Shown: positions 9,693 through 20,433, numbered from the stretch's first letter. The stretch: DNA of 64,000 nucleotides from Spirochaetia bacterium (GCA_963677925.2 CAXXYH010000004.1:1056001-1120000); one strand, 5' to 3'. Notes: generated by a model from the sequence alone, not told the origin. A program made the numbers and translations.

Positions 9693-10847
9693 ATGAAAAG
9701 TTTTGAGTTTTATTCTCCTACAAGGGTGATTTTCGGACGTGATGCTGCAGATTCCATCGGCAGTGTCGCTGCCGCATACGGAAAGAAGGCTCTGCTTGTC
9801 TACGGCCGGAACAGTATTAAAAAAAGCGGTCTTCACGGCCGTATAATCAAATCTTTAACGGATACCGGAATCGAGGTCATTGAACATAGCGGAGTTTCCG
9901 CCAATCCTCAGCTTTCCCACACACTTGATGGTGCAGGCCTTGCAAAGGATGCCGGTGTTGATTTTATAATTGCAGCCGGCGGAGGCAGTGTTATTGATGA
10001 ATCCAAGGGGATTGCTGTCGGCGCCTGCACCGATGAGGATTTATGGAAATACTATGCCAGGGAACTGGTGATTGAAAAAGCACTCCCGGTTCTTGCTGTG
10101 CAGACGCTTCCTGCAACTTCCTCTGAAACAAATCAGGCCGCTGTCCTTACCAATGATAAAACGGGCGACAAGTACAGTATACGCTCACCATTGATCGTAC
10201 CGGCTGTCGCCTTCCTCGATCCTGTCCTGACATTTACAATCCCTGTTCAGTATACCGCCTATGCCTGCTTCGATATTATGACTCATCTTCTTGAAGGCTA
10301 TTTTACAACTACCGAAAAATTTGCTCCCGTGCACGATGGTTTTGTCGAAGGAATGGTAAAGGCTGTTATGAAAAGTCTGGAAGTCATTCTTGAAAAGCCG
10401 GATGATTATGATGCAAGAGCCTCGGTAATGTGGGCGGGCGCACTTGCATGGAACGGCCTCTGCAATGCAGGCCTTGAGGGCGCATCCATTCCCTGTCATA
10501 TCATAGAGCATCCGATCAGCGGGCTCTATGATATAGCGCATGGTGCAGGTCTGGCGGCTGTCGTGCCGGCATTCCTCCGTTATAAAAAAGATGAACTGAG
10601 CAGCCGTATCCTCAAATTCGGGAAAGACGTTCTGATGATGGACGGCCGGCCGGATTGTGAAGCTGTCATCTCTGCCTATGAATCCTGGATAAAAAAAATA
10701 GGCTGTCCTCTTTCGATGAGGGAGCTTGGTATAGAGAATCCGGATATTGATACTATGACTGAACAGGCAGTGACGCTTGCAGCGCAGTGGGGAGCTTCCG
10801 GGTATAATGCTGATGATTTCAGGGCAGTTTATAACAGCTGTGTATAG
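9693..10847 (+). CDS. Iron-containing alcohol dehydrogenase (BdhA/YqhD-like)
   Basis: FEFYSPTRVIFG, GGGSVID, HIIEHPIS, HGAGLA. AGGAGG RBS before ATG 9693. Confidence 0.88.
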   Translation: MKSFEFYSPTRVIFGRDAADSIGSVAAAYGKKALLVYGRNSIKKSGLHGRIIKSLTDTGIEVIEHSGVSANPQLSHTLDGAGLAKDAGVDFIIAAGGGSVIDESKGIAVGACTDEDLWKYYARELVIEKALPVLAVQTLPATSSETNQAAVLTNDKTGDKYSIRSPLIVPAVAFLDPVLTFTIPVQYTAYACFDIMTHLLEGYFTTTEKFAPVHDGFVEGMVKAVMKSLEVILEKPDDYDARASVMWAGALAWNGLCNAGLEGASIPCHIIEHPISGLYDIAHGAGLAAVVPAFLRYKKDELSSRILKFGKDVLMMDGRPDCEAVISAYESWIKKIGCPLSMRELGIENPDIDTMTEQAVTLAAQWGASGYNADDFRAVYNSCV

Positions 10848-10853
10848 CTCTTG

Positions 10854-12419
10854 TCAGGACGGGTTGTTACGCTTTTTTCTCGCCCTCTTATTTTGATACA
10901 TCGAGATGTCAGCCTTGTGAAATGAGCTGGTTATATCAGACTCTATTCTCTGAACACCGTAGGAGAACTCGGCGTCATATTCATAATAAAACTGATCGTG
11001 GATTCTTCTGATAATAGTTTCGGCATTGGCCGCATCGATTTCCTTCAGCAGAATGAGGAACTCATCACCGCCTATTCTGATAACGATATCTGAAGTCCGC
11101 AGATTTTCCTTTGCGCGGTTTACAAAGCTGCACAGCAGTTCATCGCCAAGCTTATGTCCGAAATTGTCGTTGTATTCTTTGAAATTATCGAAATCAACAA
11201 CTATCGCAGAAGTCCAGTTTTCCCTTTTAATACTATTAATAATATTTCTGTTGAAGGCTCCGGTTAATGGATCAGTCTGGGCAAAATAGCGGAGTTTTGA
11301 GTTTTCGGTGTGAATGTTGGTATACTTGATTATAAGGTCTGCACTGAAAAAGACCGTACTGAACAGAGCTCCATACTGAATGGTGTAAGGCGCATTCGGA
11401 TTTATCATGCTGACATAGAAAGAATTTCCAACGGTGCACAGGATTAATATTGAAGGAATCAGCATTATGTAATCCTTCTCTTCAAGGTGTAAAAGCATAA
11501 CAGCGATGAAGACTCCGTTGATAAGCAGGGCAGGATTAACAAAATGAAAGAATCGTATCAGTTCCGGAAGTGTCGGGCTGAAAAGGAAAAGGAGTGCAGG
11601 GATAATGCTCAACGGATACTGAGTATACTTTATTACCCTGCTGTTGATGGTAATGTTGTTAACGCCTGCTGTGAATATGTTTAAAGCCAGGAATCCGGAG
11701 AGAAGAAGTATTTTATCGCTTAACAGCAGGAACTTCTGATTAAACAGGTGTTCAAAGTATAGGTAATCAATACAGTAGATGGATGCGAAAATAGTGGCAC
11801 AGCCCATGAGTATATATGTTTTCCTGCCGGTTTCAGTAAGAGCCGCTATAAGAAGCATTATTGTTCCTACAAGAAGGCCTGCTCCAATCATGAGCCGTAT
11901 CAGTGTTACATAAAAAAAGTTGGCCGTGTTTGTTTTTGAAAGTGCTCTCTTATAATCAAGGATCATCGGAGCAGAAGTCATACCGTGTGTTATATTTGTG
12001 TACTGCTCAATCACCAGAGTATTACGCCCGGTTTTAAGATTTCCGAAGGCTGGAAATATCTGAACCATATTCCAGAACCGGGCTGTTGGATTATTTTCAT
12101 CACCGATACTGCCGATGAGATTTCCATTTAAAAATATTTTAAGAGCATTGCCGGGAATCCGGCTGATTACTATTGCTTTATCTGCCGCATCATCAATACT
12201 GAAAGTGTTTATGTATCTGACCTTTGTCAGGGTATCAACTGACATCTGTCCGGGGATTTTAACTTCTGTTTTCAGACCGTTTAGTTCAAGTTCCCAGTTT
12301 TCTTCAAGTACCAGGCCCTCGGGTTTTATACTGGTTTTAAGAATAAGAAATATAACAATAAAAATCAGAAAGCCCGTGATCCAGTAATTCGGTTTTCTTA
12401 AAAGTGAATAGGGTTTCAT
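10854..12419 (-). CDS. Membrane-bound diguanylate cyclase (periplasmic beta-sandwich + 7TM + GGDEF)
   Basis: DPLTGAFNR, DFDNFKEYNDNFGH, RIGGDEF with RTSD I-site; multiple TM segments. Confidence 0.85.
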   Translation of the reverse strand: MKPYSLLRKPNYWITGFLIFIVIFLILKTSIKPEGLVLEENWELELNGLKTEVKIPGQMSVDTLTKVRYINTFSIDDAADKAIVISRIPGNALKIFLNGNLIGSIGDENNPTARFWNMVQIFPAFGNLKTGRNTLVIEQYTNITHGMTSAPMILDYKRALSKTNTANFFYVTLIRLMIGAGLLVGTIMLLIAALTETGRKTYILMGCATIFASIYCIDYLYFEHLFNQKFLLLSDKILLLSGFLALNIFTAGVNNITINSRVIKYTQYPLSIIPALLFLFSPTLPELIRFFHFVNPALLINGVFIAVMLLHLEEKDYIMLIPSILILCTVGNSFYVSMINPNAPYTIQYGALFSTVFFSADLIIKYTNIHTENSKLRYFAQTDPLTGAFNRNIINSIKRENWTSAIVVDFDNFKEYNDNFGHKLGDELLCSFVNRAKENLRTSDIVIRIGGDEFLILLKEIDAANAETIIRRIHDQFYYEYDAEFSYGVQRIESDITSSFHKADISMYQNKRARKKRNNPS

Positions 12420-12435
12420 TCAGGCTGTCCGTCCG

Positions 12436-13833
12436 CTAAACAGAAAATTCTGCCCGGCTTTTCTGAATTCTCTTTCTGTTCGCCAGAATCTCATATGAGT
12501 AATCATCAAACAGCTTGAGCAGGCAGTCTTTAAGTGTTTCATAACTGAAAAAGCGTTCACCCACATCAAAGTTATGGTTAACCATTTTTTCTTTTTTAGC
12601 AGGATTCATAATGATATCGTAAATTTTATCAAGCGCCCGATCCGGAATGATCAGCTGATTGTTTTCATCATAGTTGTCAGTAATTTCAATGGTCTTGAAA
12701 TCCCGGTTTCTAATGTCGGTTTTATAGACCAGATATGTAGTAATAACAACCGGAACCCTTGCGGCCACTGCTTCCAGGAAGGCATTGCCGAAGCCTTCCC
12801 ATACCGGCAGATATGTTACGAAATCCGCGTTGGCAAGGACATCACGGTTGGTGTACAGCTTCTGCCCGAGTTCGTTTTTACCGCGGGCGGAAGATACTCT
12901 GTCTGAGATGAAATGAAGCGGAACTTCAAACTGTTCTGCAAGACTTTTAATGAGTGCAATATAATTTTCATCAGGCTCGTCTCCCTGATACAGCGAGATT
13001 ATAAGGTGAAGCTTTCTTCGGATTTCGGGATACCTCATTCCAAGCTTTCCTACAAACCTGACCGAGTCCTCTATGTGTTTCCGGGGAACTATACGGGTCG
13101 GCTGCAGCACAAGGATGTCATCCTCATTGAATCCGAGTTCTTTTCTGAAATCCTGATTATAATCATCCTTAACGACAGGTTTCTCGAAGTCTTCACAGTT
13201 CGGAATAATCCGCGGCTGTACTCTTTTGATTGAGCGGAGGATATGCGCTGCATAGGTTGAAAGCACTATATGTTCTACGCCCGGCACCTGCGGAGGCATT
13301 GTTCTTGAAAGAAGAGTTTCAATCGCGCTGTTACTGAACCGGCTTCTTTCCCACCAGAAGTCATGGTGATGAAATATTGTTGCAATGCGCTTTTCGCCGC
13401 AGAGCTTATAAACTGCCAGTCCGCTAAGCAGGGACATCGGCATAGCATTTGTATTCTGGGCAACCAGCACGTCGATTGAGTTCTGCTGGATGAAGTCAAA
13501 AATACTGTCGGCGATATAGCTGCTTTTATGATTCATTTCTTCTATTGCTGTATGAAGCTTTTCTTCTGAAATATAAGTCTGAAATTTATTTAGATATGGG
13601 AAGAAAAGGTGTTCATATTCATGCTGATGTGAAGAGTCAAATCTTATTTCATCAATACAAAGTCTTCTTTCTTCCGGAACTTCTTTGAGGTTTGAGCTGA
13701 ATTTTCCTGCTATTGCATATATTTCATGTCCCTCTTTTATGAGTACGTCAACCCATTTTTCAACTTCAAGAGAGACTCCGTCTACATCTCCGAGTTTTCC
13801 GGAGATAAATGCTATCTTAAACTTATTCTTCAT
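12436..13833 (-). CDS. GT4-family glycosyltransferase (resembles mannosylglucosylglycerate synthase MggS)
   Basis: DGVSLEVEKW N-terminus, HHHDFWWER, QPTRIVPRK, EGFGNAFLEA. Confidence 0.8.
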   Translation of the reverse strand: MKNKFKIAFISGKLGDVDGVSLEVEKWVDVLIKEGHEIYAIAGKFSSNLKEVPEERRLCIDEIRFDSSHQHEYEHLFFPYLNKFQTYISEEKLHTAIEEMNHKSSYIADSIFDFIQQNSIDVLVAQNTNAMPMSLLSGLAVYKLCGEKRIATIFHHHDFWWERSRFSNSAIETLLSRTMPPQVPGVEHIVLSTYAAHILRSIKRVQPRIIPNCEDFEKPVVKDDYNQDFRKELGFNEDDILVLQPTRIVPRKHIEDSVRFVGKLGMRYPEIRRKLHLIISLYQGDEPDENYIALIKSLAEQFEVPLHFISDRVSSARGKNELGQKLYTNRDVLANADFVTYLPVWEGFGNAFLEAVAARVPVVITTYLVYKTDIRNRDFKTIEITDNYDENNQLIIPDRALDKIYDIIMNPAKKEKMVNHNFDVGERFFSYETLKDCLLKLFDDYSYEILANRKRIQKSRAEFSV

Positions 13834-13834
13834 T

Positions 13835-15391
13835 TTAAAGCCCTTCCATTTTATTTTTAACGGATTTTTTCATTCGGTACATTTCCGCATCGGCTATGTC
13901 GGAAGTCCGGCTGATTGATTCCCTCATTTTTGCGATTCCGTATGAGAAGCCGTAACTGTGAAGTTCCATGAATTCTTCCCTGATTCTGGATATAATAGCT
14001 TCAGCTTCCACACTGTCCGGACCTTTAAGCAGGATGAGAAACTCATCGCCGCCCAGTCTGACTATAATGTCTGATTCCCTGAAATTTTTGTTTGCAGATT
14101 TTACAAAGTTTTTAAGAAGTTCATCACCTTTGAGGTGTCCGTATGTATCGTTGTATGTTTTAAAATCATCAAGATCAACAACTGCCGCTGTATCAAATGA
14201 GGAAGGCTTCAGCTGGTCCAGAACCTTCCGGTTATAAGCACTTGTCAGTGCATCCTTATGTGCCGAGGTGAACAGGACGGTATTTTCAGAGCATAATTTT
14301 GAGTAATTTAGAATAAGATCAGCACAGAAGAAAAGGGTTGAGAAGGCTATACCGTACTGAATGATAAAGGGTCTGGGGGTTGTGGTGAAGGTTATATATA
14401 CAGCATCAAAGAGCGTCGACGCCACGACTATTGCAGGAATCAGCATCACACTGCTTTTTTTAAGTAGGTTCAGTCCCATTACGGCTATGATAACTACATC
14501 AATAAGCAGCAGACCGTTTAGAATCTGAAGGAATAAATCAAGAATATGCCTGTTCGGGCTGAAGATGAAGGCCGCTGCGGTAATAATCATAAACGGATAC
14601 TGCAGAACCCTTATGAATTTGGAATTATATGTAAGTATGTTCAGTCCTAGAACAAAAAGGTTGCAGGCAATAAACCCGCTTATAAAGAAAATCTTACTCA
14701 GATTAAGCAGGATGGATGACGTGAACAGTGTGTCAAAATGAAGAAAATCCAGACAGTACACGGCTGAGAGTGCCGACCCCAGGCCGATAAAAAGATAAGC
14801 TTTAAGCTTTTTTCCGGTTTTAAAATATACTCCGACGAGGATAATTCCTATAGTTATTACTCCGCCTATAAAAAACTGAAGCAGGCTGTCATAGATGAAA
14901 TTAATTAGACCTTTTCGGTATACAGCATCTGATGCCGGAATGATAAACGGCGGAACAGTAAAGCCCTGAACGAAATCGACAGTCTGTTCAATTTCAAGGA
15001 TATTATGATCTTTATTCTCTTCAGGCAGTCTTACCGTAAAAGCGTAGTTTTTAAACTTTGAGCTGCTGTCATCGGGGCTTCCAATCTGACCTATCAGGCG
15101 GCCGTTCATGAACACCCGGAGAGAATTCCCGGGAACCCTCAGCAGCATTAAGGCTGAATCTGTCTCCGGGATGTAGCTGAAACTTGTTCTGTACCGGACC
15201 GTTCCGGCTTTCTTTATTCTGTGAAAATCGGGCAGGGTGACTGTTTTTGTCCCGGTTTCTTCAATAAGTTCCCATCCGTCAGCAAGAATTAATCCTTCGG
15301 GTTTTATTATATCATTCAGTGTTATTTTTAGAACAAGGAAGACCGCAAGCCCGATTATCAGCCCGAGGATACGAATGATGATTTTAGTCAT
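13835..15391 (-). CDS. Membrane-bound diguanylate cyclase, paralog of 10854..12419
   Basis: DALTSAYNR, DLDDFKTYNDTYGH, RLGGDEF with RESD I-site. Shares IKPEGL and PGN segments with the paralog. Confidence 0.85.
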   Translation of the reverse strand: MTKIIIRILGLIIGLAVFLVLKITLNDIIKPEGLILADGWELIEETGTKTVTLPDFHRIKKAGTVRYRTSFSYIPETDSALMLLRVPGNSLRVFMNGRLIGQIGSPDDSSSKFKNYAFTVRLPEENKDHNILEIEQTVDFVQGFTVPPFIIPASDAVYRKGLINFIYDSLLQFFIGGVITIGIILVGVYFKTGKKLKAYLFIGLGSALSAVYCLDFLHFDTLFTSSILLNLSKIFFISGFIACNLFVLGLNILTYNSKFIRVLQYPFMIITAAAFIFSPNRHILDLFLQILNGLLLIDVVIIAVMGLNLLKKSSVMLIPAIVVASTLFDAVYITFTTTPRPFIIQYGIAFSTLFFCADLILNYSKLCSENTVLFTSAHKDALTSAYNRKVLDQLKPSSFDTAAVVDLDDFKTYNDTYGHLKGDELLKNFVKSANKNFRESDIIVRLGGDEFLILLKGPDSVEAEAIISRIREEFMELHSYGFSYGIAKMRESISRTSDIADAEMYRMKKSVKNKMEGL

Positions 15392-16410
15392 TAATCATCC
15401 GCCCTGTATCCGCTGCTTAGATTAAAACTCAGCTCGAAAAGACATCCGTTGTTCTTTTTGAATGAGTATTCAGCCTTCAGTGTTTTGCTTATCGAACTAA
15501 TCAGCAGAATTCCAAGACCCCTGTTTCCGGTTAGTTCATCCAGTGAGAATCCCGGTCCGTTGTCCTGTATTTTAAGCTGCAGGTATGAATTTTCAATAAA
15601 TATTGCAATGCTCAGTTTAAGCTCATTATCCTTTGGTGCTGCATATTTCAGAGAGTTGCATATCACTTCATTAATAATAAGACCCATGAATGTCAGCTGT
15701 TTATTTGAAAGGGTAAGATTTCCGGTATGAATATCCGACTCGATTATTACATTATTTGTGTCATAGATTTCAGAAATATTGTTTATCAGTTCCCTGATAA
15801 AGTTATCAATGTTTGATTTCAGCGATTGATCCTTTGAGTGCAGAAATTCATGTGTAAGGGCTATGCTGTGTACACGCTCGATAATTTTTTTTCCTTCTTC
15901 GATAAACTCCGGATTATCTGAGCGGGTGAGCTGAAGCTGCAGGAGATCCTTGATGATATTCAGATTGTTTTTTACACGGTGATTAAGTTCGTTTAAAAGC
16001 AGCTGGTTTGATTCAAGAGCTTCCGCAAGTTCCTTCCGTGCATTGTCTATGGTTCTGAAATATTCAGAGAGGTAGCCGATAGCTGTACCGAGTACAATTC
16101 CAGAGATTTCTGTGACGAATAGACTTTCCGGGGCGTATTCCATGCTTCCGAACATGTTGAAAAAAAGCAGATTAAGCGGAAGTCCTGTTGCTCCTGCTAT
16201 TGCGCCGCCTGGAAGTCCGTATGCAAGCGCCGCCGAAATAAGCGGGATGATTATTATAAAGTTGCTTGAAACACCAAGGTGATTGACTAACAGCAGCATA
16301 GCCGCCGCATAGATGAGATAGCCGATTACCGTTGAATTCAGCGGATGATCAGCAAAGAGTTTCTTGTGAAATTTAAGAAGCAGCGTATTTCCATTGAAAT
16401 TAAGCAGCAT
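15391..16410 (-). CDS. Membrane sensor histidine kinase (HisKA_2/HWE type)
   Basis: ELNHRVKNNL H-box, NEVICNSLKYA, DNGPG, GLG. Start moved to ATG 16410 to avoid overlap with the divergent regulator. Confidence 0.85.
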   Translation of the reverse strand: MLLNFNGNTLLLKFHKKLFADHPLNSTVIGYLIYAAAMLLLVNHLGVSSNFIIIIPLISAALAYGLPGGAIAGATGLPLNLLFFNMFGSMEYAPESLFVTEISGIVLGTAIGYLSEYFRTIDNARKELAEALESNQLLLNELNHRVKNNLNIIKDLLQLQLTRSDNPEFIEEGKKIIERVHSIALTHEFLHSKDQSLKSNIDNFIRELINNISEIYDTNNVIIESDIHTGNLTLSNKQLTFMGLIINEVICNSLKYAAPKDNELKLSIAIFIENSYLQLKIQDNGPGFSLDELTGNRGLGILLISSISKTLKAEYSFKKNNGCLFELSFNLSSGYRADD

Positions 16411-16466
16411 GTACAACCTTAACATAATTGTAGATATTTTTACAGTTATGAAATATAATTTGTACC

Positions 16467-16832
16467 ATGAATCAGCACAAGATCCTCGTCGTTGAGGATG
16501 AACCAATTGAGGGACTCGCCCTAAAAGAAAGACTTGAGGCTATGGGCTACATTGTGCCTGAAATTATCGCTGACGGCAATGAAGTTATACAGGCGGTGCT
16601 GCGGCACAGTCCTGATCTTATCATTATGGATATCAGGCTGGACAGTTTTATTGACGGTGTTGATGCCGCCACAAGGGTCCGCCTGATTCGCGATACCCCG
16701 GTAATTTATCTTACAGCATACTCAAGTGAGGACATGAAGAGCAGGGCAATGAAGGTTGAACCGGTCGATTACCTGCTAAAACCTGTAAAGGATTCTATTC
16801 TCTCCTCTGCACTCAAGAAAGTATTCGGCTGA
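16467..16832 (+). CDS. Single-domain response regulator
   Basis: ILVVEDE, DLIIMDI, YLTAY, YLLKP. Confidence 0.9.
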   Translation: MNQHKILVVEDEPIEGLALKERLEAMGYIVPEIIADGNEVIQAVLRHSPDLIIMDIRLDSFIDGVDAATRVRLIRDTPVIYLTAYSSEDMKSRAMKVEPVDYLLKPVKDSILSSALKKVFG

Positions 16833-16834
16833 TA

Positions 16835-17665
16835 TTACTGTTCTAAGATAATCGATATAGCCTCAGCTACCCCATCGTGGTTGTTGTCTGCCTTTGTTAC
16901 AAAGCTGGCAGCTTCCTTAATCAGGTCAATCGCATTTGCGACAGCAATTGAAGTTCCTGCGCCCCTGAACATTTCTAGATCATTGAACTCATCCCCGATA
17001 ACTGCAGCTTCTTCAATACCAATACCAAGCGCTCCGCAAAGAGTTTTAAGCCCCTCTTCCTTGGTTATTCCGCTCTGCATGATATCAAGCAGGTTGTAGT
17101 CTGAGCGTGTAACCTGCACCCCGCATTCGGCCTCTATTTTCTGCTTTATTTCATCCATCATGGAGATGTCTTCAGGAATTACAAGGACCTTGAAAAGATC
17201 CTCTTCAGTGTTTCTGATAAAGCTTGTGTAATCCGGGTCAATAAACATTTTTACGCGTCGATCTTCGGGAAGGCCGGCATTCAGCTTCTGGTAAAGCAAG
17301 ATTTTATTTGTGGCGCTTTTTCCGTAGATAGTATTGTCGGCGTAGATATGGAAATCGGTTCCGTATCTTCTGGATATTTCGATAATTGATTCTGTCTGCT
17401 CTTTCGTCAGCGGACGGGCTCCGTATCTCTGCTTTGTGACCGGGTTCCGAACTATTGCCCCATTGCAGGAAATTACCGGCATATCAATCTCTAATTCATC
17501 AATATAGTGCCTGATCATTGAATCATGCCGGCCGGTTGCAATTACAAACTGCACCCCGGCTTTTTCAAGTTTTTTTACTGCGGCGATATTGCCCTCTGAT
17601 ATATGTTTGCTGCTGTTCAGCAGGGTTCCGTCCATATCGCATGCTACAAGTTTAATTCTGCTCAT
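16835..17665 (-). CDS. Cof-type HAD-IIB hydrolase
   Basis: DMDGTLL, ATGR, IGDEFNDLEM. Confidence 0.9.
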   Translation of the reverse strand: MSRIKLVACDMDGTLLNSSKHISEGNIAAVKKLEKAGVQFVIATGRHDSMIRHYIDELEIDMPVISCNGAIVRNPVTKQRYGARPLTKEQTESIIEISRRYGTDFHIYADNTIYGKSATNKILLYQKLNAGLPEDRRVKMFIDPDYTSFIRNTEEDLFKVLVIPEDISMMDEIKQKIEAECGVQVTRSDYNLLDIMQSGITKEEGLKTLCGALGIGIEEAAVIGDEFNDLEMFRGAGTSIAVANAIDLIKEAASFVTKADNNHDGVAEAISIILEQ

Positions 17666-17672
17666 TATATTC

Positions 17673-19568
17673 CTACCAGCTTCCTCCGCCTCCGCCGCCG
17701 GAACCGCCTCCCGATGAGCCCCCTGATGAACTGCCTCCGCCTGAAGATGAGGGTGAGGAGTTCATTGAGCTGTTGAGAGTGTTGAATCCTGTTTGAAGAT
17801 TTTCTGCAAACCCAACCGGTGAAAACGAAGTTTTTCTGTAGCTATGGTACCATGTAGGAGGCTGGATTGTCATCCCTTCAAAATGTTCGGCCCACTTCCT
17901 GGTGAGTCCGAATACCAGAGCGTATGGCAGAATATTGTAGTAGTATTCCGGATTACTTTCGAACATTGCCTCAAGTTTTTCCTTTTCAGCTGTTTTTATA
18001 AATTCCCTGAATCCAAGAACCTTTTCGAGGATCTCATCACCGCGTTTTGTCCTTTTAGGCATCAGATGAACGAATACAGCTGAAATATAGCAGCTGAGTA
18101 CTGCGCCTACAAAAACTGTAAGCGGAACTCCGCCCTCAAAGACCATGATGAAAAGAAATATACTGTGCGAAATAATCCCGAAGATAAGCCCGAAAAATAA
18201 GGCTGACTTTCTCATGCTACCTGATGCTCCTGCTGAGGGTACAAGCGCTGAACTTATTAGAAAGGCCGGGATAAGGATGAACATGCTGAAAGGTATTCCT
18301 AACACCGCAGGAGGGCCTCCGGAGCCTGAAAGCCCCGAAAATCCCTGAACAGTCATCACTATTACAGGGAGGGCTGCGAGCAGCCCGCCGATGAAGGTGT
18401 ATTTTCCGGTCTTCTTTTCATAAATACGCCTTTCCTTATTATCAGTAAAACCTTTCTTAACCCTGCGGCCTGTTTCATTTACAGTTGAATAGAATTTATT
18501 AACAAGGTCTTTTGTTTCTACCGAGCTTCCATCGCCGTATGTGTTAAACAGTTTCTTGAACATGTACTTTTCATATGAGTACGCTTCGCTTCCGAGCTCC
18601 TTATTTTTGGTGATAAGCATGTTCTTTTTTGCAAAAAGACCTTCTCCAGCTGTTTTGTCTTCTATCTCGATGTAACCCCTGTCAGCCCAGTAAATGAGCA
18701 GCGCTGTTACATCCTTGCTGTCAACGCTGCCGTCTATGATATAACCGATTTCAGCAGGGGTGAGACCCTCCGGAGCCTCGAACTCCACCGACGGGTAGAG
18801 CTTGTTGTCGCGGCCCTTGAAAAACCACAGCAGCCCGGTAAGGATGATCACCAGAATCTGAAGAGGAAGTCCGAAGATTGTGAAAAACAGTTTCTTAAAA
18901 TCAATATGGCGGGCCGGGTTTACCCAGTAGCCTTCAGGGAGGGGGAGGGCAACGGTGAGGGCGTCGTAGTAGTCGAGCTTTGACTTTGTTCTGCCGGTAA
19001 TGACTGTGCCGCTGACCTTCCATTCCACATTTGTATTATCAGTGTTTCCGATTGGGCCGGAGGTAAAATTAAGCCGGCTTTTATCAAAATCAAAGGGCAT
19101 CTCTATACGGAATTCTGCTCCCCTGATTATGGTATCCCACTGAGCGCCGATCAGATTGTAGTATAGCTCATCCATATCGGGGTTGCGGTCATCGCCTATA
19201 TCATAGGTATAGCTTATTTCATACTTCTGCTGTCCATTAACATAGCTGTCTGCAGAACCTATGCGGATGACCAGATCGTTACCCGATCTTTTTGTTTTGC
19301 TCTGAAAGCCTGCTACATTTATGTCTGAAATCTTTACCGGATGGCCGTCATATGTGGAGAGCGGAATATTCCTGTAGATACCGTGCCGTTCCGCCTGGAA
19401 ATCGACTTCGATGATCTCGGTAATATCATAGGAATTGTTCTCATTTACCCGTATATCAATGTAATAATGGTCAATGATGAAGAATTCATCTGCGGCAGCC
19501 GGCAGCAGAAATCCCGACAATAAAACTGCTGTAAGGGCAAGTTTTTTCAGATTCATTGATATTTTCAT
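17673..19568 (-). CDS. DUF2207 family membrane protein
   Basis: Signal peptide, HGIYRNIP, LPYALVFG, Gly/Ser-rich tail ending GGGGGSW; coupled to lemA. Confidence 0.85.
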   Translation of the reverse strand: MKISMNLKKLALTAVLLSGFLLPAAADEFFIIDHYYIDIRVNENNSYDITEIIEVDFQAERHGIYRNIPLSTYDGHPVKISDINVAGFQSKTKRSGNDLVIRIGSADSYVNGQQKYEISYTYDIGDDRNPDMDELYYNLIGAQWDTIIRGAEFRIEMPFDFDKSRLNFTSGPIGNTDNTNVEWKVSGTVITGRTKSKLDYYDALTVALPLPEGYWVNPARHIDFKKLFFTIFGLPLQILVIILTGLLWFFKGRDNKLYPSVEFEAPEGLTPAEIGYIIDGSVDSKDVTALLIYWADRGYIEIEDKTAGEGLFAKKNMLITKNKELGSEAYSYEKYMFKKLFNTYGDGSSVETKDLVNKFYSTVNETGRRVKKGFTDNKERRIYEKKTGKYTFIGGLLAALPVIVMTVQGFSGLSGSGGPPAVLGIPFSMFILIPAFLISSALVPSAGASGSMRKSALFFGLIFGIISHSIFLFIMVFEGGVPLTVFVGAVLSCYISAVFVHLMPKRTKRGDEILEKVLGFREFIKTAEKEKLEAMFESNPEYYYNILPYALVFGLTRKWAEHFEGMTIQPPTWYHSYRKTSFSPVGFAENLQTGFNTLNSSMNSSPSSSGGGSSSGGSSGGGSGGGGGGSW

Positions 19569-20116
19569 TAGAATGATACCTTTACGCTGCCGCGCTCAGA
19601 GTCATCTATGTCAAAGTATTCCTTCTTTTCCAGGTGCATCATCGATGCAATCAATGACTGGGGAAAGAGTTCTCTCTTGGTGTTGTACTGCCTTACCACT
19701 GCATTATAATATTTTCTTGCCTGCAGGATGTCGTTTTCAACAGTCTGAAGCTGGTTCTGAAGATTTATAAAGTTTTCATTAGCCTTTAGATCGGGGTAGC
19801 TTTCGCTGAGGGCAAAGAGGCTTTTCAGGCCGGCTGCAAGTGCCTGTTCATTCTGTTTCAGTTCGCCGATACCGCTGGAATTGACCGCCATGTTTCTGGC
19901 TTTTATAACGGCCTCAAGGGTTTCTTTTTCATGGGATGCGTATCCCTTGACTGTCTCAACAAGGTTGGGGATCAGATCCCATCTTTTCTTCAGGTATGCA
20001 TCCATGGTTGAAAATGCCTCTTCCACCTTGTTTTTGATTCCTATAAAGCTGTTGTAGGCTGCTGTGATTATTATTACGATTAAAATGACCAGCGCTGCAG
20101 TAATTATCAGGGTCAT
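19568..20116 (-). CDS. lemA: LemA family protein
   Basis: LKKRWDLIPNLVETVKGYASHE, YPDLKANENF, ARKYYN. Confidence 0.92.
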   Translation of the reverse strand: MTLIITAALVILIVIIITAAYNSFIGIKNKVEEAFSTMDAYLKKRWDLIPNLVETVKGYASHEKETLEAVIKARNMAVNSSGIGELKQNEQALAAGLKSLFALSESYPDLKANENFINLQNQLQTVENDILQARKYYNAVVRQYNTKRELFPQSLIASMMHLEKKEYFDIDDSERGSVKVSF

Positions 20117-20433
20117 GTTTTTCTCCTTGAATTTAATTTTTATCCTGAGGCAATTTCAAAACTGAAAAAGTTTTGCAAGAAGCTCCCTGATTACAGGATA
20201 ACCGATATCATGAGAAAAACAATACCGGACAGAATAAAACTTCCGGACTATACCTGTTAAAATCGCATCGACCGGTGCCAGCCGTCTTTATGTGCTTAAA
20301 GGCGCCTAAAGGCGGCAGTTTCACAATGTGAGACAAATGTTAAGAAAAATAGACGACAAAGCCTGAGCTGAGGCGGGTCTGTTGAAAATTTGAATTCTTT
20401 TAAGTAATGTAAGTGCAAGGAGAAGCTACGATT

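Noticed and set aside
20120-20260. Hydrophobic coding-like remnant upstream of lemA (minus strand)
   Set aside because: Too short and interrupted by stops to assign without a search.
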